NCBI GenBank assembly: GCA_951406725.2
Contig: OX597815.1
Span: 202,926,001-202,990,000, forward strand
Direction: 5' to 3'
Origin: Octopus vulgaris
Taxonomy: Eukaryota
DNA: 64,000 nucleotides
Part shown: positions 54,926-64,000 of the stretch, piece by piece
Layout: every line of letters begins with the position of its first letter
How positions within the stretch are numbered: the stretch's first letter is position 1
Made by a program: the position numbers and the translations under genes
The notes under the pieces: model-generated
Seen by the model: only the letters and a program-made list of their open reading frames with translations
Databases searched by the model: none
What the model was told of the DNA's origin: nothing

Positions 54926-55340
54926 GGCGCAGGAGTGGCTGTGTGGTAGTAGTTTGCTAACCAACCACATGGTTCCGGGTTCAGTCCCACTGCGTGGCAT
55001 CTTGGGCAAGTGTCTTCTGCTATAGCCCCGGGCCGACCAATGCCTTGTGAGTGGATTTGGTAGACGGAAACTGAAAGAAGCCCGTCGTATATATGTATAT
55101 ATATATATATGTATGTGTGTGTTTGTGTGTCTGTGTTTGTCCCCCTAGCATTGCTTGACAACTGATGCTGGTGTGCTTACATCCCCGTCACTTAGCGGTT
55201 CGGCAAAAGAGACCGATAGAATAAGTACTGGGCATACAAAGAATAAGCCCCGGGGTCGATTTGCTCGACTAAAAGGTGGTGCTCCAGCATGGCCGCAGTC
55301 AAATGACTGAAACAAGTAAAAGAGTAAAGAGTAAAAGAGT
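54926..55340 (+). mobile_element. SINE family A
   Basis: Near-identical to 333-748. Confidence 0.9.
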
Positions 55341-55348
55341 ATATATAC

Positions 55349-55500
55349 ATATTAGAAGAAATAAGTTATTCAGAAATCTGGATGGTTTTATATTTACACA
55401 TATTTATTTAATATCTGTGAATATAAAACCATCCAGATTTCTGAGTTCCTTATTTCTTCTAATATATAATACCTGTACATCATCTCCATACCTTCTAATA
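55349..55500. repeat. Short foldback element (~55-bp arms plus tail) in (TA)n
   Basis: ATATTAGAAGAAATAAG...CAGAAATCTGGATGGTTTTATATT pairs with AATATAAAACCATCCAGATTTCTGA...CTTATTTCTTCTAATAT. Confidence 0.75.
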
Positions 55501-55870
55501 TATATATATATATATATATACATGTGTATATTTGAAGGGCAAAAACACTAGGTGGTCGGCCGTATGCTAGAAGAGGATCACCTATGATCAAACTACAAAG
55601 AAAAGAATGTTCTCTAGAGGAAAATTCAGCGGACACCAGAACGAAATGCGGGCAAGACAGATGAAAATTAAATAAAAAACCAGAATTACTCACAGACCGG
55701 CGGTTTCGCCTATTAACGAATGAATCACTAATGTAATCCATTGCCCGTAGGCTCGTCAGTGTGGTCGTTACATAGGTAATGCAATTTGTAAAGCTAATCA
55801 TCAGTATTCCGTATAAAAACAGATACGTGCTTAGCTTCACCGATTACATTGGTGTTAATTTCAAATGTCT

Positions 55871-55901
<31 letters not shown>

Positions 55902-55947
55902 CTTAGACATATATATAACTATATATACATAATACAAACATACCTGA

Positions 55948-56015
<68 letters not shown>

Positions 56016-56039
56016 GTATATGTATATATACGTATACTG

Positions 56040-56330
56040 AAGGTGTGTGGCTTAGTGGTTAGGGTTAGTCGTGACTTCCATTCCCGGCGACACGTAGTGT
56101 CCTTGAGCAAGATACTTAATTTCACGTTTCTCCAATCCACTCAGCTGGCAAAAATTTGCATTACTTGTATTTGAAAGGGCTAAAATTGTCACATTCTATG
56201 TCCCGCTGAATCTTCATCAGACCTGCATTGAGGATACACGTGTACGTGTATGGGGAGTGCTCACCTACCTGCGCGTTAATTTCACGTGCAGGCTTGATCA
56301 ACCCTCGTCGTAGTGACCGACGAAGTACCA
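56040..56330 (+). mobile_element. Old CORE-type SINE sharing its 3' half with family B
   Basis: TGGCTTAGTGGTTAGG head; CCTTGAGCAAGATACTT; GTTAATTTCACG...ACCCTCGTCGT..GACCGACG end. Confidence 0.7.
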
Positions 56331-56368
56331 CACGCACGTACACACATATAAAGGCATATGTATTTATA

Positions 56369-56406
<38 letters not shown>

Positions 56407-56425
56407 TAGTTGGTTGTCAAATATG

Positions 56426-56458
<33 letters not shown>

Positions 56459-56575
56459 TATATCATATTTGACAACCAACTAATTGTCAGATATATTTAT
56501 AGATAAATTCCTCAATTTTACATAATATTGAGGTGTCATTCATTCTTTGGTAGTCATATTTTTACTACAACTAAT
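56407..56575. repeat. Short foldback element with P3-like tail
   Basis: TAGTTGGTTGTCAAATATGA...(TA)n...TCATATTTGACAACCAACTA, then TTTACATAATATTGAGG..TCATTCATTCTTTG like 11036-11070. Confidence 0.65.
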
Positions 56576-56764
56576 ATATATATATATATACACATATTAA
56601 TAAATCTATGTATACATATATATAAATAAATCCATGTGTATATATATATAACACACATGTGTATATATATACACACACATATATATATATACATACATAT
56701 ATGTATGTGTGTGTATATATATATATGTATGTATGTATGTGTGTATGTATGTATATATGTATTT

Positions 56765-56779
56765 ATGTATGTATGTATG

Positions 56780-56813
<34 letters not shown>

Positions 56814-56962
56814 TGTATGTATGTATGTATGTATGTATGTATGTATGTATGTATGTATGTATGTATGTATGTATGTATGTATGTATGTATGTATGTATGT
56901 ATGTATGTATGTATGTATGTATGTATGTATGTATGTATGTATGTGTGTGTGTATGTATGTAT
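56765..56962. repeat. (TATG)n microsatellite
   Basis: Directly visible. Confidence 0.97.
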
Positions 56963-57524
56963 GTTTGTATATTGCAATACGCGAGGGAAAATGCAATTCT
57001 GCAGATCGCGCGAGCGTGAACATGAAACTTGAAGCTTCTTCATCTGATGGAAAACCAGCAGTAAAATCACTCGAGATAAACATTGAATGAAATCTCGTTT
57101 AATTGAAATTTCTCAAATTTCCTGTACACCTGATTCTAGAGAGTTGCTCTCTATATATAAATATGAAATATACCCGAAGCAGCATAATATGCATTTCCTT
57201 GTCTTTCATAGGCTTCTTGAAGCACCGCTGGGACATAGAGTGAGTCTTGTACATTATTTCAAGCGGAGATCATCGTATTCAGTTTGACCACATACGATTT
57301 TCTTTCCTTTTTTTTCTTTTGAAAAATATTGGCAAGACAAGTGAAAGATCGATCTCAGAACAGGACTGATACGTTTGCATCGGACCCCGGAAAAGATAGA
57401 TAGCAAAATCAACACACGGCATTTGTAACGAAGTAGGACTTTACCTATAGTTTTTAAAATCTTTGTATTCTCTACTAACAAATCGAGGAAGTTTAATATT
57501 TTAGCATGTTTATACATGCATACA

Positions 57525-57600
<76 letters not shown>

Positions 57601-57734
57601 TATGTATGTATGCGTATATATGTATGTATATATGTCTATACCATTATCATCTCCAAATGTAATAATATGTATGAGTGTGTGCTTGTGTGTGTGTGTGTAT
57701 GTATATTTGTATATATATATATATATTCATAAAT

Positions 57735-57935
57735 GAGGGTGAAAAATTAGATATTAATTTAATAATACAGTCAATTTAACACCAAGTGACCTAGCACATA
57801 AAAACCAGGGAGACAGTACAAATTTATACGTAAATATGAGAGAGTTAACGTTAAGTGGTTAACTCTAGAAATAGAATAGGGAGCTATTTCTAGCACTAGA
57901 GTTAACCACTTAACGTTAACTCTCTCCTATTTACG

Positions 57936-57940
<5 letters not shown>
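57735..57940. repeat. Short foldback element (~42-bp arms) with left-side tail, in (TA)n
   Basis: ATACGTAAATATGAGAGAGTTAACGTTAAGTGGTTAACTCTAG pairs with CTAGAGTTAACCACTTAACGTTAACTCTCTCCTATTTACGTAT. Confidence 0.75.
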
Positions 57941-57972
<32 letters not shown>

Positions 57973-58260
57973 GTATGTGTATGAATGTATATTTTCTCTT
58001 GCAGTGGTGGGGGCGCCGTGTTTGAGTGTGAGTATATATGTTGCTGAATCGCGCGAGGGCTTTTGCGAATGAGAAACGCTCTTATGTGTTAGTTTCCTAC
58101 ATATCTTTCAACATACGATATTACATCCCGAGTCTTGCAGAACGAAGGCTAAATTTGTCCATCTCAATATACACTTGTTCTTTTCGAAAGTTAGGCAAAA
58201 CTGGACATAGCTTTTATGAAACAATTCGTTCCAATTTACATGATGATAAAATAACTATTA

Positions 58261-58421
58261 CAATTGCAGCGTGGAAGGTGTTTATAAGCCATTTAAGAAA
58301 CACACAAAAGCCGTTCAATTCACTTCAACATTTAAGTTTAATTTGTCGAAATATTTTCGTCGCTAAAATCCGCGACCTGTTCACTGACAAAAATCCGTGC
58401 TGCTATGCGAGTACATCTCCG
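58261..58421. mobile_element. Family P1 element: inverted arm plus last ~20 nt of tail
   Basis: 13-bp TSD TAAAATAACTATT at 58247-58259 and 58422-58434; carries the GTGAACA hammerhead on the minus strand. Confidence 0.85.
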
Positions 58422-58455
58422 TAAAATAACTATTCCTCTTTACAAAAGAGCTTAT

Positions 58456-60702
58456 TCGACAAGGCATCAGTCTGGGCTGCAGCCATCTATGCTAGATCTG
58501 GTATTCTCCCGCTATCCAAGATCAGTGTCAGACGTATCTGTGTGCGCCCCTCTTGCCAAGAGTGATCATGCGGTCCTGAAGTTCGTCATGCACACAACTT
58601 TTTCCACGCCCACGATTACTTCGCTGCCACGTAGAGTCTTCTCTGCAATTAATCTTGAAATTCTAACCGAGGCTTCCACGCTTCTGGACTGGCGTTCCCT
58701 GATGACGTTGTCCTCAGTTGACGAACTATGGTCATCCCTCAAAGCATATGTAATCTGTTTGACTGACCAGGCAGTTCCCGTTGGACTTCCCAAGAGGAAG
58801 AAACACAAGCCCTGGGTGACGAAGAAGGTTAAACGAGAACGTCGACTCAGAGATATTGCTTGGGCTGAATTCAAAAATCTGGATTCGACTGCAGCTTTTG
58901 AGGTGTACAAAACTCAACGAGACCGAGCCGTGAAAATTGAAAAGAAGGAACGCTTCAGTTATGAATACAAAATCGCGGCAAATGCCAGTAGCAATCCAAA
59001 AACCTTCTTTGCCCATGTCCTGCGGAATTCCCGCTTGAACAACCAGATTGCAACGTTGGTAGACTCAACAGGCGTATCGATTGAGGACCCTTATCAACAG
59101 AGTCAATTATTTGCCGACGCTTTTTCAACTATTTTCAAACAAGATGATGGTCGTGAACCCCCTTCATTTGATAGATCGGTACCTCCAATGCTTCGATTGA
59201 TCATCACGCGGGACCAAGTCAAACTTGTTATTCAAGGCCTCGATGTCAACAAGGGTCACGGCCCTGACGGCATACACCCACGGGTTATCAAAGCGTTGGC
59301 TCCGGTCATTTGCGAGCCCTTAACACGACTATTCAATATGTCATTGGCGACGGGTGTTATACCTGCAGACTGGAGAACAGCGATAATCTGCCCAATTTTC
59401 AAGAAAGGGAGCCGCGAAGACCCGCTTAACTACCGACCGGTTTCCCTTACATCAATAATCAGCAAGATGTTCGAAACCATCCTTAAGAAAAGTATGATGC
59501 TCCACCTCCTAAACACAGCCTCGATCACTGATTCCCAACACGGCTTCGTGCCGAAGAGATCATGCTTGACCAACTTACTAGTAATGGAAGAATTGGTGAC
59601 GCGCATCCTCGATGATAGTGATGCTGTTGACATCGTTTTATTGGACTTTGCCAAAGCTTTTGACTCGGTAAACCACCGCCTACTACTTGTCAAGCTTCAA
59701 GCATATAGTTTCCATCCGGATATTGTACGATGGGTTGGTGCCTTCCTCTCAGATCGCTCCTTCCAAGTTCAAGTTAAGGGTTCGCGGTCCGACGTCTCCA
59801 GTGCGAGCAGTGGCGTGCCTCAAGGTTCAGTGCTTGGGCCCTTGTTGTTCTTAGTCTTCATAAATGACTTGCCCGACGACCTCACGCAACACACCCTTCT
59901 ATTTGCCGACGATATCAAACTGGTCGCTCCTCGCGGTAGTATAGAGGATCTTCGTCGATGCCTCCACCAAATTTGGAAGTGGTCTAACGATTGGGACCTG
60001 TGTCTGAACGTGTCAAAGTGCTGTCATCTGCCTGTTGGCTCTACTCCTGCAACTCAACTTGATTTCGAGCCGGGTCGTCTGCTGCTGGAGAGGACCGATC
60101 AGGTAAAGGACCTGGGTATCTTGGTGGATTCCTCCTTTTCGCCTTCGGCCCAGTGCGTCCATGCTGCTAACAAAGCGCGCGGAATTCTGTTTTTGATTCG
60201 ACGGTCATTCGGAATGCTCACAGCAGCCATATTCCTGCCACTCTATGTCACGCTGGTGAGACCCATATTGGAGTATGGGATTCAAGCCTCTTCTCCTTAT
60301 CTCCTCAAAGACATACAGCACCTCGAAAGAGTCCAGAGGCTGGCTACCCGCATGGTTCATGGTCTCAAAAATTTGTCCTACGAAGAAAGGCTGAGGACGC
60401 TCAACCTTTGTTCTCTTGAAAAACGCCGCCGCCGTGGTGATCTCATTCTCGCCCACAACATCATAAGCGGGAAGTGTAACCTCTCGAAAGAGCTGTTCTT
60501 CACTCCTGCTCCGGAGCGTCGGCTTCGGGGTCATTCCGAAAAGCTCTACCTGCGACGATTTCATCTCAATCGAAGGAGAGGAGCTTTCTCCGTCCGGGTT
60601 GCGGATCCGTGGAACAAGCTGCCAGACGAGATGGTGAAGATGCCGACGACCGCTTTGTTCAAAGCCTCCCTGGACCTCAAGTGGCCTGAACTCTTTACAT
60701 GA
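58456..60702 (+). CDS. CR1 ORF2 reverse transcriptase, open frame, N-terminally truncated
   Basis: Uninterrupted ~750-codon frame; the listed ATG at 58405 comes from the upstream P1 element. Confidence 0.88.
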   Translation, partial: STRHQSGLQPSMLDLVFSRYPRSVSDVSVCAPLAKSDHAVLKFVMHTTFSTPTITSLPRRVFSAINLEILTEASTLLDWRSLMTLSSVDELWSSLKAYVICLTDQAVPVGLPKRKKHKPWVTKKVKRERRLRDIAWAEFKNLDSTAAFEVYKTQRDRAVKIEKKERFSYEYKIAANASSNPKTFFAHVLRNSRLNNQIATLVDSTGVSIEDPYQQSQLFADAFSTIFKQDDGREPPSFDRSVPPMLRLIITRDQVKLVIQGLDVNKGHGPDGIHPRVIKALAPVICEPLTRLFNMSLATGVIPADWRTAIICPIFKKGSREDPLNYRPVSLTSIISKMFETILKKSMMLHLLNTASITDSQHGFVPKRSCLTNLLVMEELVTRILDDSDAVDIVLLDFAKAFDSVNHRLLLVKLQAYSFHPDIVRWVGAFLSDRSFQVQVKGSRSDVSSASSGVPQGSVLGPLLFLVFINDLPDDLTQHTLLFADDIKLVAPRGSIEDLRRCLHQIWKWSNDWDLCLNVSKCCHLPVGSTPATQLDFEPGRLLLERTDQVKDLGILVDSSFSPSAQCVHAANKARGILFLIRRSFGMLTAAIFLPLYVTLVRPILEYGIQASSPYLLKDIQHLERVQRLATRMVHGLKNLSYEERLRTLNLCSLEKRRRRGDLILAHNIISGKCNLSKELFFTPAPERRLRGHSEKLYLRRFHLNRRRGAFSVRVADPWNKLPDEMVKMPTTALFKASLDLKWPELFT

Positions 60703-60790
60703 ACACCACCCTGTACTTAACTCCATGTCCCCCTACATGGCCTTGCTATTTGCTTTTGAGCCAAATTAACTAACTAACTAACTAACTAAC
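58456..60790 (+). mobile_element. CR1-type LINE, 5'-truncated in the endonuclease, (CTAA)n tail
   Basis: End of APE domain (LDLVF...SDH), RT (NYRPVSLTS, DFAKAFDSV, PQGSVLGP, FADD), C-terminal RRRGDL...RGH...F..RV...WN.LP; short 3' UTR. Confidence 0.95.
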
Positions 60791-61034
60791 ATGCGGTCCA
60801 TTTGCTCTCGAATTCGCTTTAAGAATTTTTTAGAAGTACACTGGTTTATCTACTTCTTCACTGCTCATCTGCATCTCATCTATGTCATCAAATAGCTCTT
60901 CCCGAAAATCAAAATTCCATTGGAAGCTTGAAGTCTTTACAATTTCGTTTTGTTTCGTAAGTATTTCTTGAGTTTCGCAGGAAATTCATATGTACATTTG
61001 ATAGTAACTGTCTAGAACATTGGTTAGCATCTTA

Positions 61035-61190
61035 CCTATTTCTTTACTACCTACAAGGGGCTAAGCACAGAGAGGACAAACAAGGACAGACAGACGGATT
61101 AAGTCGATTATATCGACCCCCAGTGCGTAACTGGTACTTAATTTATCGACCCAGAAAGGATGAAAGGCAAAGTCGACCTCGGCGGAATTT
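61035..61190 (-). mobile_element. SINE family C fragment
   Basis: Reverse complement of ~14645-14798. Confidence 0.85.
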
Positions 61191-61589
61191 GTGTGGGTGA
61201 ATATCAAACTGGATAACGTAATAAATTCTTGCATTATTATTGATGAATGAAGAATTTAAAAAAACAGAAATTTGTTTAATCTAAAATTTCTTAATCTGAT
61301 TTCAGTATTTGAAGGATGATATGAAGAACTATGAATATACATAAATCTTTTTTATACTAATACTAAATAGAATTTTCGCCTATTCTTGTTTTAGTCACCA
61401 GTTTTCAATAGCAGGAATGGTTAAACATCATGTTAGAAAACAATGTACGAACATCGAAAAGCAAAGTAGCTTATTGATTTAGAGTTGTGCACTAAGAAGA
61501 AATAGTAGATCGCTTAGCCAAAATTTTAATCACATAATTTCGTCCTTCGACTTTCATAAATAATGCATGAGCCGGTAGAATAATATTTT

Positions 61590-61945
61590 TTGTACTCTAG
61601 GCACAAGGCCCGAAATTTGGTGGGGGGGAGCCAGTCGATTAGATTGACCCCAGGACGCAAATGTTACTTAATTTATCGACCCCGGAAGGGCGAAAGACAA
61701 AATCGACCTCTGCGGAATTTGAACTCAGAACATAAAGACAGACGAAATACCTATTTCTGTACTACCCACAAGTGGCTAAACACAGAGGGAACAAACAAAG
61801 ACAGACAAACGGATCAAGTCGACCCAAGTGCGTAACTGGTACTTAATTTACTGACCCAGAAAGGATGAAAGGCAAAGTCGACCTCGGCGGAATTTGAACT
61901 CAGAATTTCGCCCGGCGTGCTAACGTTTCTGCCAGCTCGCCGCCT
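61590..61945 (-). mobile_element. SINE family C, composite
   Basis: Same two-unit layout as 6983-7382. Confidence 0.85.
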
Positions 61946-62630
61946 TATGATCCGGTACAATAATAGCACCAACTGAAATGATTGTAGGCTTTCTCCTGCG
62001 AACTTTAGTACTATGTCTATTTAAATAAATAAGGCATTCAGTTACATGTTAAAATTGCACACCAGAGTAATGTGAAGATATGTTTATTACCTTTAAGCAA
62101 AACCAAAGACTTGTGTTTCATTGGTGATGCGTGGTCAATTAAAAACTCATAAGTGAAAAAACAGTGCATCACCTCGCAAAATTTCATTAAAATTTTCCAT
62201 CCTGCAGTTCAAATTTCACGCGATATGTTAAGGTATTTCTGTTGAAACAGACCCAAGATTTGTATGAGTTACGTTTGAACTTAATCATTTCCAGCACTAA
62301 CGAGTATACGAAGATCATTCTAATATTCACTACCCCGGGATCGATAAGCTTGTAGTTAGGTGATAGCATATATTTTCACGAACGAAAACCTTAGACATTT
62401 GTATTTATTGCGAAGTTTCACACATGTGTGGATACACACATATTTATGTATATATGTATGTATATATGAATAGGAATAAACTCTCCATCAGGATGTGTAA
62501 AATATCAGTAAATGATGCCCCGAGAAGGCTTTTTGTTTTTTCAACTTCATAATGTCTTTTAAAAGTGCAAATATTGAATAACGGTAATCAGCCGAAATAC
62601 AGGATAGGCAATATGAATGAACTTTTTAAT

Positions 62631-62713
62631 GTAGCTGGGCTATGGTAATAAAAGCGCCGAATCCCAAGATTCTGAGTTCGATTCCAGGCAGTGACCTGAA
62701 TAATAATAATAAT

Positions 62714-62767
<54 letters not shown>

Positions 62768-63036
62768 CACCCTTAAAGAACCCTTATTCAGAGACCTTTT
62801 GAGCAGGATGGGCTACTCGACCTGAAGAAAATTCTAACTGAGCCCCACTTGCAAGGTCATGTGCTGTTTATCTTAATATGAAATCATGTCGCGCGCATAT
62901 GGTTATGATGCATGTGCGTGGTGGACCCTTATCAGACGGGTAGTCATGATTGGTATACTGGGCCTCGTATATTTTCCCCAGTGTCACTTTGATGGCATGC
63001 GCTGCTCTCTCACTCAGTAATAATAATAACAATAAC

Positions 63037-63083
<47 letters not shown>

Positions 63084-63188
63084 AATAACCATCAGAGTAT
63101 CACAACAAATCACAGCACATACCCAAGGCACACAGAGCTGCGCTCGGTAGTGAAGTGAAAGCACGCTATAAAAATAAAAATAAAACTA

Positions 63189-63230
<42 letters not shown>

Positions 63231-63425
63231 TGTAATAACATCGAAAAATACCTTAGGAATGAGAACACAGGTTCGAAATTTCCCCAAGATACCTGATGAA
63301 GACTGGAAAGTATATCAGCCGAAGCGTTGTGTTAACAACAAACATGATGAGGACAAATATCCGTCAAATGCAAATAATGTAAATAATGTACACAATTCCT
63401 TATCTCTGAGATACAGAACTGTATT
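62631..63425 (+). mobile_element. tRNA-headed SINE-like element with internal (TAA)n and 3' hammerhead-like motif, split by two nested (TAA)-tailed inserts (62770-63020, 63085-63195)
   Basis: Head GTAGCTGGGCTATGG...GAGTTCGATTCC then (TAA)n; resumes at ~63237; GAUAC-CUGAUGA-A-GACUG...CAGCC-GAAG-CG-UU-GUGUU at 63288-63333. Confidence 0.6.
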
Positions 63426-63674
63426 TCAACCATTATCTCAGTAATTGCTTCAGCACCATGTTTCTAGTGAAGACCCTACCATCAATGATTTCGCCTTGAT
63501 TTGATTAATTCTTGATTTAATTAATTCTTCCCTTTTTCTCCACGATGTTCTCTCTCTTTCGATTTCTCTCCTTTGTGTTGTTTCCTCTTCCGTTTCATCT
63601 TGTCGCCTTTGCGATGCTCTCCTTCTGTCTTCACAGCTGCTTGCTCTTCTTATCATCTTGGCGCTATTGTGTGG

Positions 63675-63713
<39 letters not shown>

Positions 63714-63940
63714 ACTCTCTCTCTCTCTCTCTCTCACTCTCTCTCTCTATCTTTCTCTCTTTGGATATCTTTCCTTTGTGAAATTAGGTGCTCCTTTTCA
63801 TTTTGACGATTTCTGTTTTCTTACGTCTTGCGCTCGTCTCTCTTGTCTCACTTCTTGTCATTGATTTAATAACCTCAATGTGTTGTTTAACCTTCTTGTG
63901 TCCAGTTCTTCTTGTGTGAGACTGGCTATTCTTTGCCTTT

Positions 63941-64000
<60 letters not shown>
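63675..64000. repeat. (CT)n tracts (63675-63760, 63943-end)
   Basis: Directly visible. Confidence 0.95.

Noticed and set aside
58405-58455. ATG at 58405 as the true start of the CR1 ORF
   Set aside because: It lies in the tail of the P1 element, before its TSD; the in-frame fusion is coincidental.
60205-60726. Antisense ORFs repeated in both CR1 copies (also 23645-24133, 24919-25182, 59430-59693)
   Set aside because: Shadow frames of the RT ORF; shared only because the copies are nearly identical.

Overview
AT-rich, microsatellite-dense animal DNA whose SINE and LINE content resembles an octopus (cephalopod) genome; the species call is inference. No intact host gene or convincing spliced exon was recognised, and most ORFs in the track are microsatellite translations. 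The window holds three tRNA-headed SINE families, two near-identical CR1-type LINE copies, and an R4/Dong-type LINE embedded in (TAA)n. It also holds RTE and Tx1-like fragments, several Tc1/mariner relics (DD34D, DD37D, DD41D, Tc2-like MITE), a piggyBac-type non-autonomous element, a Chapaev-3-like relic and Penelope-like (PLE) relics. Less obvious signals: (1) minimal type I hammerhead-ribozyme folds in at least five short repeat families, including a G3:C8 swapped core, a tandem ~353-bp retrozyme-like dimer and a tRNA-headed SINE with a hammerhead tail; (2) two templated insertions of nearby unique DNA into retroelements; (3) non-repeat DNA between insertions that reads like long, intronless, decayed ORFs, possibly a fossil gene-dense element such as an endogenous large DNA virus (unidentified). 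All alignments and folds were done by eye.
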